From Antedon mediterranea (Eukaryota; Animalia; Echinodermata), in assembly GCF_964355755.1 (NCBI RefSeq), contig NC_092679.1:1208201-1272200 (forward strand): a stretch of DNA of 64,000 bases, given 5' to 3'. Under the pieces are notes generated by a model. The model was not told the origin of the DNA and ran no database searches. It saw nothing but the letters and a program-made list of their open reading frames with translations. The position numbers and the translations under genes were made by a program. This document shows, one piece after another, positions 34,944 to 59,129 of this stretch; positions within the stretch are counted from its first letter, which is position 1; each line of letters begins with the position of its first letter.

Positions 34944-37900
34944 ATGGAGCCGATTGAATCACGATTTATGTTTTTAATTTTTAATGTCTGCCTTTATACC
35001 ACAAGTAAGATTTATATATTTTTATACTATTTCGTAATAAATGTATATCTTATGTTTTCGTAAATTTTTATTTATTTATTTTTTTTTTATTTATTCTTTT
35101 TTATTTATTCAACTTCTCACTAACACTGTTAGTGAAGGATCGGGACCAACAGGTGGTAAACACCTCTAAAAATGGTCAAGTGGCTGTGTGTGACAGTGGC
35201 TGTGGTTGTATGGTCTAGTACACCGTCTCGAAAGATGTACTAGGTTCTTTAAAGTGCACATGAGCTATGTGTACACTGGACATACGGTTTATAGTCCTTA
35301 TAAATACGAATTTGTAAAGCGCCAATTCCAGTAACAAGTGATCAAAGGCGCTGTGGACTAAGGTGTTACACTCTTTCAACAACATTCTTCTCCCTTAATG
35401 GTCCCATCGTGTCATCGGTAGCCAACTACGGCGCCATTACGTCTGTCCACGACAGTGGCTGTGTGTGAACTAGTACACCGGGGTAACCCCCTACTCGTCT
35501 AGAAAGATGTACCAGGTTCTTTAAAGTGCACATGAGTTAGATGTGTACACTGGACGGTTAAGGTTTATAGTCCTTACGGTTCCACTGTCTTAAGCTTGGT
35601 TCCCACTAGCGACGCAACACAAGGACGTAACGCAACGCAAGTGAATTGACCAATCAAAAGCGATGGCTTATTCGCTTGTGATTGCTAACTGTCTATAACT
35701 TCGCTTTTCATTGGTTAAAACGCTTGCGCTGCGTTTACGTCCTTGCGCTACGTTCTAGTGGGAACCAAGCTTTAACCGCTCGGCCACTCACTCACTCACA
35801 ATTGATTGATTATTGTAATAGTTAAAGATACATTTGTAATATTGTTTGTTTGTGGTTTGTAAGGTCATATTATGTAGTAAGACTTTCGACGAGTAACGTA
35901 CTAATATAATAATAAATGTACTTTCATGCTTCGACCGTCCTTAGATAACTGATAAAGAAAGAACATGCTTTAGTTAAAATGTTAATTCAAATACTGTATT
36001 TCGTACGGCCCACTTTTATTAATAGAATGCTAGTGGCAATACTAAAAGAAAAACAAAATAAATAAATGAAGAGTAACAAGTTATTTACTTTCTTTTGTGT
36101 TGAGTCTATTAGTTTAAAGGCCAGGTGTGGGCAAAACATTTCTATTGATCATACATTCCAATAATTATCGATCTATAGTTTCCCCTATGTTTCATAATTT
36201 TTGGGATTTTATTTGTGTTACACGAGCTTGTTGAAAATATTTGATTTATGTACAATTAACCAAATATTATATTTAAAATTCATGCCTGTACCTGAGCTTT
36301 TAAGTATACCCTTTTAAGTATACCCTTTTTCTTGTATTGTATTTTTATGTATCTTCATACATTCATTCATTTTACAAATATTTTGATCTTAAAATAAAAG
36401 TTCAGCTTAAAATGTGAAGTAATTTACTTAGACACAAACATTTTTTATTTAAAAAAAATATAATTTATGAGGGATATTTATAAATTAACAATATATATAT
36501 ATAACTATTCGTTATTACTTCCAGTAGGATTTACCTTCGCTTCAGCAAATCATTCCAATTCAAAAGAGGTATGTATATTTTAATGCTTATTCCGAACCTA
36601 ATAAATAATTGTATTACTGAACAATGGTACAGAACTACCTGTATTTGTGAAATGTACACTAACTTTACATATTTTAATATTTACACAATAGACTGCTGAG
36701 AAAGCTGCGGGTATTGATTTTAGCTGTCATGTTTCTCAATCCAAGACTCAACCTAAATCAGGTAATATGTGGGTGAAAGGTCATGTTTATTAAAGGCACT
36801 GTATCATTGTACTCTGCTTATCATGTTGAGGTACTGGCTTATAAACAATAAATTAAAAACACAGAGCTACGCTTTAAACAAATACATTAATTAACACTTC
36901 TTGCATACGTTGTAATTATACAACATAGATTGCATCCCAGTTTTTGTCCAAATCGTCCTACATGCAACTTGTAACAAGAATATTTAATAGCATAAAACTT
37001 AGGTTTAGTTAACTTACATTTGAAAACAACCACCTACAGTAACTGCATAAACAAAAATCAAGTCAAGGTGGGCACTGGACGAGAGAAGCCCTTCATCAAT
37101 GTTAGGACCGATAAAGGTGCTTTAAACAGTCCTGGATTTGTATCAAACCTGTTAGTAGCGGTAATTATCGCTGTTGGTTTCGATTGAATAAAATTTTAAA
37201 AATATACCTATTTCAGTTCACAGACTTACACCCGGAGATATTCAAGTTGTTGCAGCGCTTGGAGATTCTATCACGGTAATTGAATGAAACAATATGAAAT
37301 AATAATAATAATAATAATTATATATATATAATAATTAATCTTTATGTTACTGAATATATACTCGCAATATAATATCATCGGTCACAGGACGCAAGTATCA
37401 TTATAATGATCACTTTTGTTTGTAGACTGGTGTTGGAATAGACGCATCTTATATTACAGTTGACACGTCAGGCCATGCGTTTTCGTAAGTTTTTAAAAAC
37501 ATCAGATTAATTTAATTTCAACTTAAGTTCAACAAAAAGTAAAATTATTTTTATATAACGTTTTATTTTTTCTCCAAGGATTGGTGGCAGTGATTCTTTG
37601 ACGAAAATGACGACACTTCCATGTAAGTTTACAATTCTTTTCAATTGTTTTTTTATACAATTCAAGTATCGAACCATTTCTAAGTCATATTATTTTTGTT
37701 TTAAAGCTATATTAAAAATGTACAATGGCAATCTGTATGGCTACTCAAATGGATCACGTGATTTAAATGTTGCATTCATCGGAGCTGAATCACAGTAAGT
37801 GAATAACATTAATGTTTGTCAGAATCCCTCTTTATCTAAGTTTATCAATTTGAGAATAATTATTTCAATTTAATAATTATATTTGCATAAATACAATTTT

Positions 37901-40290
37901 CATAAAAAAATTATGTTTGCAAATACAAAAATAAGTAAAATTGTTCAAAACAAATATAAATTCTTGTCATATTCTCGTAAAAATGTAAAAGTTATTCTGA
38001 TAGTTTATTCTATTTTAATGTATATTTTTTAGGGACATGCTTACTCAAGCTGATACGTTGATAAGTCGCATGCAGTCCGATTCAAATATCGACATGGAGC
38101 GAGATTGGAAAATGATTACGTTGTACGTTGGTTTAAATGACATTTGTAACACGTGCCATGACGTAGAAAAGTACTCATCTTTTAATTACGTCACGAATAT
38201 TGCAAAAGCCATCGAACGACTGAAAGAAAAGGTATGTCATCAACTGTTTCTTTATAGCTTACAACTGAGATGATGTAGTAATGTCAGAGTTGAGTAACAT
38301 TGTTCTACCTGCTATACAATTTAGCATAACTATCCTATATTTCTATACGTCTAAAAACGTAATTACAGTACAGTATAACACAATACATTTTATTCATCCA
38401 CAGGTTCCACGTGCATATGTAAATGTTATTCAAATATTTGACGTCAGCATCTTACGTCAAGTTGATGCAAATGATCAGTATTGTGAATCTATAAGACCGT
38501 AAGACATTGATTTTTTTTTCTATACAGTGTACAGTATTGTTGGTATTTGTCGCAACCAGACATAAGATCAAAGGACTGTTACTAGTTCCTATCTTGGCAA
38601 GGCGAGCTCAGTGTCCTTTTGTTAGATTGCCTTGATTGTTGTAGTAATTTCGAACGGCGCATAATGTTAAATTTGAAAATAGTAACTTATAAGCTATAGT
38701 AGAACCACTATTGTAACAATATATATTTACATTGTCACTCTTGAGGACGATCAGCGTATATTGATCGAAACGTCGAGAAACTCAACAGTTCTTTTCAGAA
38801 CTAATACACGTGGTATAACGCAAACTTTATATGAACATTTGATTTCGCCATGCAAACCTTCAAACAATATAATATATATTTATTTGTTATAACACTGGTC
38901 ATTACCCCTATTCATTACTTTATTAAGTCTCCAGAGTGTTCCCCTTAATAGAAGCTATATCATAATTAACATTCATTGCGATACTAATAATTCTTAATGT
39001 AATGTTTTTTTAGCAACACGTGTCCATGTATTGTGAAGAAAGAAGACGCAGAAGTTGTATCGCAGCTGTCTCAACAATATCAGGTAGGCTATGATAAACA
39101 TTGCAGTATCCTTCATTTCATCATTATCATATATTTAGTACGTTGTATTATATCAAACATCAAACATTTTTTCTTTAATACTTTCTAGGAAAAATTAGCA
39201 GAAGCAATCGACGACGGAAATTACGATTCTGATACGTTTTCTGTCCAATTACAAAGACAGAATGACCTGGTGACGTCATTATCTGTAAGTATTTTAACGT
39301 AGCTTATTAAGCGTAAGCGTAATTGGTAGATTAATCGTTATAGGTTATAAAATACTGACATTACGTAATCAACATATTCATTATTTACGTTAACTATTGT
39401 TAACTATTTGTTTTCGTTATGATGATTTACAGGACGAAACCCCTGACGTCACTTTATTGTCTGGCGATTGTACACACCTAAGCAGGAAGGGTCACGAAAG
39501 AAGCGCTGCAACACTATGGAATAATCTTGTAAGTAAACTATTGGTTTAATTTAAACATTTCCTAATACTAAATTTTGTAAATTATAATGATTGTGTAATT
39601 ACATTTTTTGTTCATATTTTAGTTTACAGCTGGTGAGCGCACTGTTAATAATTACGCAACTGGAGTCGAACTAGTTTGCCCGGAGGAGGTAAATGGTTTA
39701 GGCTTGGTTCCCACTAGGATGCAACGCAACAATGTACGCGCAACGCAAGTTGACCAATCACAAGCAACAGTTCGGATAGTCCTCGTTTTTTATTGATTAC
39801 CTACGTTGCGTGAACATCCTTGCGTTGCGTCCCAATGGGACCAATATTTAGTAGGCCTAGAGAAAACGTATAAAGTAATAGAGTGAATAACACAAGTCTA
39901 TTTGAGAACCCATCAGTTTCACCGTGTAGTAGATAAGCAACATATTAGGCACAATAAAAACTAAATCCATCAAATTATTACCATTATTTCGTATAGGGCG
40001 CGTACCTTTCAACCAGTACCAGTAACAATGCCAACAAGAATGGAATCAGTTTTGAAGTTTCCAACGAAAATCATTTCAAGAACACCCGACTAATGAAGAA
40101 GCTGAACCACCCGTACTACGCCGCCATGTTGATTACGTTGTTTATAATCATGATCGCATTGGTCGCCTCTTGTGTCATTTGTTGTGCCGTGAAAGACGGG
40201 AAGGAGGACCGTTTACAACTTTATGATTACATGTTTGATAATGAAAAAATGTATTATTATAATTTCTATGATAACGAAGATGGTTATTAA
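34944..40290 (+). CDS. PLB1: Phospholipase B1-like SGNH/GDSL hydrolase, single catalytic domain + C-terminal TM (paralog 1, catalytic residues intact)
   Basis: VHRLTPGDIQVVAALGDSIT (37218-37275), LNVAFIGA, DWKMITLYVGLNDIC, VPRAYVN, GDCTHLSRKGH (39433-39528), TM exon 39997-40290. Confidence 0.85.
35180..35580. repeat. Interspersed repeat with an internal ~110-bp duplicated block
   Basis: acagtggctgtg...tagtacacc...aaagatgtac..ggttctttaaagtgcacatgag occurs at ~35190-35300 and ~35450-35577. Confidence 0.6.
35593..35771. mobile_element. MITE family A copy (degenerate copies also near 39700-39845, 40510-40635, 41530-41705, 45300-45405, 58840-58985)
   Basis: TIRs with TTA on both sides. Confidence 0.9.
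38738..38777 (+). ncRNA. Minimal type-I hammerhead-ribozyme-like motif, probable Penelope-like retroelement remnant
   Basis: ctc-TTGAGGA-c-GATCA(gcgtatat)TGATC-GAAACGTC-gag: stem I, core, stem II, palindromic ACGT stem III. Confidence 0.45.
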
Positions 40291-41117
40291 GTTAATTTAG
40301 ATAAGTTTAGTATAGACCTATTACTATTAGGCATATTTATTGTCTATTTAGGATTAATCTTTCTCTGTATCCAACTTCTCTGATGGTTGGCGCGGACGCA
40401 ACGGCAAAACGTACGCAAATTGTTCGACCAGCCGATCGGATGACTGATCAAATGTGTTGTGTTGCATTATACCACCATTAGGCCATGGAGTAAATAACTC
40501 CATGATTAGGCTAGGTCGACGCAAGTAATTTGACCAATCACGATACGATGGATCACCCAAACTATCGCTTGTGATTGGTCAACTCACTTACGTTGTGCCT
40601 ACGATGTTGCGTTGCGTCCTATTTGGAACCAAGCTTACCAATGTTGATAAATAAAAAAGTTAGTTTAGGCCTATGGAGGAGTATCAGTCAGAGCTTTGAT
40701 GAAAAGATTTTGGTGACTATTCGGTCGCGAGCATGTTATTATTCGGTCGCGAGCATGTTATTTTTCTTGGTAGAAGTAACCAAAGTGGGATAAATATAAA
40801 ATACGAATTTAAAACATTATTTATTTAGTCCTACTGTATTGTACATTTATTATAATAGAATATATTTAGGGATGATAGTTATGGAAGCATAATAATAATA
40901 ATGACTGGTAGGCACCGTACTTCTGTAAGCGTGAACATACCAGCAGAATTCAATAAATCTCAATAGAATTATTATACGTCACATGAAAACCTCGCCTTCG
41001 TTTAATAAATATATTTATACGGGTGTATTTGTAAAGACGACGACGGCGCGGACCACACTGGCGTTTAGACGAAGCTACTAGACATAGATACTTTACTGTA
41101 GCACAGTTTGACTAAAC

Positions 41118-44100
41118 ATGGCTACTATGCTTAAGTGTGTACTCTTTGCTATTTTAATGGTGGAAGCTCACTCTATTTCACTCGAGAGTAAGTTATATTT
41201 TGTTAATTTTTATTTTTTTTTCAAATTAATGTAGATTTTTTTTTTTTAATTTTGAATTTGATAGTTGTAAGAAATAATGATCGTTCTGTAGGCATAGTGT
41301 TTGAAAGTAAAGATAAAAGAATGAAAATCGGTTTGATTGTTTTACAGATGCAGATAAAAACATGATTAACCGTTTAGCAGAGTATATTTCATCAGAAGAC
41401 TGTGATGACTCTAGAGTAGATACAGTAAGATTTACAATTTCATTATTGGCTCCCACCTTGAAATGAAAACCACATAGATTATGTAGGCCTAGTAAAAAAT
41501 AAAACCTATAATAAACTTGGTTCGTTGTCATGCTTGGTTTTTACTTGCGACGTAACGCAACGTAAGGGATTTGACCAATCACAAGCGGTGGATTATTATA
41601 TTATATTATTATAACAGTGGCTTGTCATTGGTTGCGCGTACGTCCTTGCGCGTACGTCCTTGCGCGTACGTCCTTGCGTAGCGTCGGTAGTGCGAACCAC
41701 GCTTAATTTGACCAATTACGACGCAATGGATCGCTTGTGCTTTGCTTTACCATTTTATTTGATTCGAGAGAAATACATTTTACTTTCATTTAAAATTATC
41801 GTCACTAGCCAATCCGTATTGTGTTCAACTGAGACATACCCTGAGACATACCCTGAGACATTACAATATTAAAATGTTCATATTGTTTGACACTGAATAA
41901 GCATCGAATTGTATAAATTGAAGACTTATGTTGGAAGCTGAACTGACGTGAAGCATAGCCCTACCTACCTACTTTATTCATAATTATATAAATTTGCTTA
42001 TCAAAACAAACTGCTACCATCATCTGAATATTAAACACACGTCACAATGTGTATGAATAACCAACCTAATCAATCTATTCAGTTCACATAATTAGCTATT
42101 ATTTTGGTATTTATTACAATTAATGATAATAATTATTTGATAATTATTTTGTTAATCATATTTGATATTTATTTCGTTAATCATATTTCAGTACTTTAAG
42201 TTTGTTAGGTTTTAAATATATATTATTTTATGTTTTAAAATTCATGGGATAAATTATCATTTTCTTTATTTTGATGTAGTCTTCGGAACCCACTGGCGTA
42301 CCGTGCAATTGTGAAGTATTTAAAAGTGATAAAATTCCTACGTCAGTACACGAACTCAGGCCAAGTGATATCAAAGTGATAGGAGCGATTGGTGATGGAA
42401 TAACTGTAAGTCAAATACGGGGAACTAAATGGTGATAAGGAGGCCTAGGGGACCGATATTAGAGAACTTTCAATCTCCTAAATTCTCATAAAAATGATGA
42501 AGTGTACAGTATTGTAGAATTGAAGAAAACCCCTGGAATATACGATTTTGAATAAAATGGAGATTAAATGTTATTTTTATTTTGTTATGCAGGCCGGGAG
42601 TAGTGCAGGTTCCGATAGCATTTTAGATACATTAACGGAATACCGAGAATTAAGCTTTTTGTAAGTACAGCGATACTCATGCTATATAGTCGATATATAA
42701 CCATAGGCCTACATATATTATTCTATTCTGTTCCAAGTCTTTTTATGTTTATGATTTTTGAAACGCCATATGTGCCATAATATTTATCTTTTTACTAATA
42801 TTAAGTAAACAGTCCTCAGAACCTAAACTAATATTCTTGTATTCAGTTTGTAATGTGGGCCTCTTCTAGAAGTGAGACTGGTATAACGAGGACAATTTTA
42901 AAATGTAATTTTAATACAATTCAATTATGTATTTTGTGTTACAGAGCTGGTGGTCAAGACAACGTTGAAACAATAGTGACATTACCAAGTAAGTTGCTTT
43001 TCATATTCATTATCAACATTATTATAATGTCAATTCAATCATTATTAGACATCCTTATTCTTATTATAGTGAAACCACCAATTATATTTATAGTTTATAT
43101 ATAGTTAAAAAACATTATATACAGCCTTCTTTCTTTCTTTCGACCAACAGACATTCTGAAAAAGTTCAACCCATCACTCGTAGGCTTTTCAACGGAACGC
43201 TCTATAGGGCTTAACGTAGCCGAAACTGGTGCAAGACTCAAGTAAATTGTTTAGCGTTTATTGATCGTTTCTAGTGGTATATTGGAGAAACGCGTTGATA
43301 GCGTTCCTATTCCCTGCTATACAACGATTTACCCGTCTGTGTACACTACCAAACTAGTTTGACAAAAAAAAGTGTGATATGCCCAAATATGGTAGTAATA
43401 TACCCAAATATGGTAGTAATATAGCCAAATATGGTAGTGATATGACATCATCATGTCCATATATGGCCACATTTTTTATCACATAAAGTTTGATAATGTA
43501 GCGAGAGCTTTAAGACCATGTTTATTTGCAAATAACAATTTAATAAAATAAAATGTTATTTACTATTGGTTATTGTCTTTTTCGAAGTGAGCTAGCCTGT
43601 CAAGCGGCTGAATTAATCGACATGATGAAGTCCGATAAACGGATTAACTACGAACAGGATTGGAAGATGGTAACGATACTTGTCGGTGGCAATGACTTTT
43701 GTAATTATTGTGTGGATAAAGACGATGCAACGTCCTCAGACTTTATTTCGGCAATGTATGAAGCGCTGGAGCTGTTGATGGACGAGGTAAAACAAAACAT
43801 TTGTAATTAATTTAATTTTAGTTATATATATATATTGATATTCCAGTACGCCTGTATTAAAATCGTCTTTACATTTCTAGGCTACAGTCTGTTAAAATTA
43901 AAATATCCAAATATGGTAGTAATATGCCAAAATATGGTAGTGATATGACATCATGTCTATGGGCACATCATATTTTATTGTCACATAAAGGATACAATGG
44001 GCCTTTGATTATCTTTTTAGAATTACCGCTATATATATGTTTGATTATTATTATTATGATTATTAATGTTATCGTAATTGATTATGCAGATGCCAAGAGT

Positions 44101-46009
44101 GTTTATCAACATCGTGTCGACTGTGAATCCGCATGATCTGAGTACAATAGCTAGTCAGGGATCCGTTTGCACCACTGTTTATATGTGAGTTCAGTTTTTA
44201 AAAAGGTTCAAATTATTATTGTCACTCAAGATTTGAGCCCACGACCCTGTGATCGTAACCAAGCATGCTGACCACCATTTTCCGTACCATTATTCAATTA
44301 GCTCGCTTCAATACAATATCATTAGAACTTAACAATACATCTGCCTAGATATAAGTACCATAAATCACATAGAAAAAGAACTTTCACTTTCAACACGTTT
44401 CATTTCATGTATTTGTTTGAAAAAAAAAAACAACATCCGGGGCTTCTACATCAATTAACAACACTATTGTTTTCTTCACCAGGAAATCGTGTCCGTGTGT
44501 AACCGCTGGTACCGAGATTGTGGCGCAGGTTCATACAGCTATGGAGAAATACCAGGTACTATTGATTAAAAAGACATTAAATAATACCAAACGACAATTG
44601 TTGACTATTTTGTCAAAAAACCTCACACAACCAGTTTTGTGTGCCGCTATAGAGGGCGTACTATAAATATCACATTTAGAGCCATGGCTCTGATCACATT
44701 TATTTAATTTAAATCATCGTAAAGTAGTTACGCAATGCGGAATGGAATTACGTTCGTTTATGTCTGTTAAGAGTAGTTATAGTATTAGTACATGTTGCTT
44801 TTGTTTTATAGGACCTACTCAACAGTCTGATTGAAACTGGTCGTTATGAGAAAAATGATTTCACAGTTGTGGTTCAACCGTACCTTCAGAACCAGGTGGC
44901 GGTAAGTACCACGTGCAGCTATTGACCAATAAAATGCTTCCATTATGGAAAAACATTTCACTATATTCAAATTATCTTGTCAAAGAGGATAAACTACATC
45001 GACCAAAAATCGAATTGATAAGAAATGTTAACAAAATATATTAAATGATTAGAATGTTTTTGTGATAATGATGATGACGACGATGATGATTATGATGCGC
45101 ATAAAAATGACATTTATCATAACATAATAATTTATTACAGGATAAAAGTGTAGAAATGTCACTGATGTCACAAGATTGTATCAACCTTAACAAGAAAGGA
45201 CAAGCTGTATACGCAATGGGCCTGTGGCGCAGCATGGTAAGTTCAATACAACATCGGCATTTCGATTTAAAGGATCAGTTCAGAGCGATAACAAATTAGA
45301 AAAATTGATGGATGGATTTTTGGAACTGTCGCTTGTCATTGATCAACTCTCGCTTGCGTTGCGTCTCATCGTCATTGTGTTGCGTTTCCAGTGGGAACCC
45401 AAGCTTGATAACTGGCGGAACAAAATGTGTCTTGCAACGTAACTGAATCAATTGCCCTTATACTACTTTCTCCTAATGGTCTATTTCGTCAAGCAGTCAA
45501 TAAACGGCGCTCCAATTTTTTACAGCTACTGATAAATATTCTTTTATTTTAAAATAGTTTTCAAGCATCAAAGGCAAGCCGACAGACCTACGAACCGCTG
45601 TCAATCTTGGTTCAAGCTACTCACTAGAAGGAGCAGAAATATACTGTCCATCAGAGGTAAGACAATTACGTCATCATTATCATAATCGGTTAAGCCTTTT
45701 CTGTTTCTGTTAAACTATTTTATTATGAACGATTATCCTGTCTTTCAGAATCAGTACTTTGTCACCAGCACCAACAGCGGTAGTGCTACCTTTTCCGCCA
45801 ATTCCTTCGACACCATGGCAGTGGATGATTCATCATCCTCGTCTAACGGAGCAATCGTGGCCGTGTCTGTAATCGGGGGCTGTATATGCCTCGTAGCTAT
45901 CATAGCCGGCGTAATTGGTTATCGTCGAGTTCGACAAAGACAGGGCTACAGCGAACCAGAAGGACATCCTATGATGTCATCATCTGCTGGTTACACTAAA
46001 TTTTCATAG
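41118..46009 (+). CDS. PLB1: Phospholipase B1-like protein, paralog 2; signal peptide + SGNH domain + TM, catalytic Ser and His substituted
   Basis: VHELRPSDIKVIGAIGDGIT, DWKMVTILVGGNDFC, MPRVFIN, FTVVVQP, QDCINLNKKG, TM AIVAVSVIGGCICLVAIIAGVIG. Confidence 0.82.
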
Positions 46010-46809
46010 ATGATTTTAGAGCAATATGTAAAAATAAATAAACGTTATTTTGGGATAGTATATTTCGCTTTAAGGAAACTTTGTATGGAATGAATCTGTC
46101 ATTGGACCAGGTTAAATATCGTATATGATTGCAATACATTTTTTTAACAGTTCGACTAATGAATCGAAAACAAAAATTGTATTTATTTTAAGAGAATCTC
46201 ACACAAATACACTAGATTTAGGCCCCCATCCTTGTACGAACAAACTATATGGACAAAACTGGACAGGTATTCTGAGTACATTTAGTTAAGATTTGATATT
46301 ATTTACGTACTAAAAGTAGTTGTTATATTTCTTTTATCATCTTACCATTATTAATTAGTTTTGTTATAAATATTATTATTATTAATTAGACGCCTTCGAA
46401 TCGTTTGAATAAAATGTTTCTTAATGGTTTAACTAGTGTTACTCATAAACTTTCAATACATGCGAAGTTCTTAAAATAGCCGTTAATTTATCAAAACAAT
46501 TTCTTGAGCTTAAATGTTGATATTAAATATCATCTGATACACTTATGGTAATGGCCTTTAAAATTAATGGAAACATGCCTACTATTAATAAACAATAAAT
46601 TATTATATTATTTTCTGTTTGATTCTTATTTTGGTTGTTTGTTTCTCTTTGATGTAGGAAGCTTGATAGATCCATTATGATTTATGAAATTATAAATAAT
46701 ATTAAAAGTGTACATTAGGCACAGAACATTAATTCTAACCCCCCTCCCCCCACTTCTCTGTGTGAACTGAATTTTAGTTAATTAATTTGAATTGACAAAG
46801 ATGAGGAAA

Positions 46810-46856
46810 TCCACAACCGAGATTCGAACCCGGAACTTTCTGCATGATATGCAGAT
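46810..46856 (-). pseudogene. tRNA-derived fragment (3' half, tRNA-Val-like) or SINE head
   Basis: Minus strand tctgc-atatcat-gcaga-aagtt-ccggg-ttcgaat-ctcgg gives anticodon and T arms; no D arm or acceptor stem. Confidence 0.35.
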
Positions 46857-47003
46857 TATGTACAGTTATTATGAAAAATATAAATGCCGCCCTCTATTTA
46901 TCATAATCATTGTTTACCTTCTGAACCGATATCGAGGTACGTGCATTTCAACAGGCACCGGCTTCATTGTTTTCGAAGTTTAGTTATTAAATACTGGAAC
47001 AAA

Positions 47004-58178
<11,175 letters not shown>

Positions 58179-59129
58179 ATTAAACGTGCAACAAGCAAAG
58201 TTATATTTCTACCAAACACATCTATTTCAATGCTTAACTGGAATTTTTACTACGTGCAGTTTATGTAGTCCAATACTCATAAATAGGTGTATGCATTTAA
58301 AATAAGTAGATGTAATGTTTTACTACAAGTGTTGCTAGAAAGCAAATTAGTATATTTCCCACCGTCAATGAGAAAATCTCATCAGATGTATATTTGGCAA
58401 AGAGAGAGTCATATTATATAACTTTAGTCATAGTGGAATTAAAAATAATGTTAATAAACTTTATTTAGGCTTTTGTCACATGATAAATGTAGTGTAATAT
58501 TATATTTAAATACAAATAATATTATGTTCAAAATTTACTAATTTATTAAATCAATGTTAGGGAAGTTAATTTACTTTTAGCAGTATTTTCGTAAAATACA
58601 ACAAACCTATTAAGTTAGTTAATGGAGAAGGAATGCTAAAAATCCCTGTTGCAAACAGATGAGGATATCGGCAGTCAACAGTGCATGACATGTTCTATGC
58701 ATGCTCCATGACATGTTCTATGCATGCTCCAATTTCTTGTTTTCAGTAGCGACTGATGATAGAAAATGTACACTAGAAAAAAAACTTTCACTGTTGACCT
58801 GCCATTTCTGTATAATTGTTGAAGATTGTTTTCACATTTTAGCCTGGTTTTCACTAGGACGCAATGCAAGAACGCAAGCTTAAATGTAATTAATTTGATC
58901 AATCACAAGTGATTACCTTGACCATTGGCTTACCATTGATCAACTCGCTGCTTCCGTCCTTGCGTTGCATCTGTAGTGGAAACTAATCTTTACATTTGAA
59001 GTACATACAAAGACTGTTTAATATTTTCAGCTTGTTATTGCTAAAATCATTGAAATTAATTAATATTTTTGAATGTAATATTGAAAATTTGTTGAAATTT
59101 GGGCATTTTTCAAAAAAAAAAACACTGAG

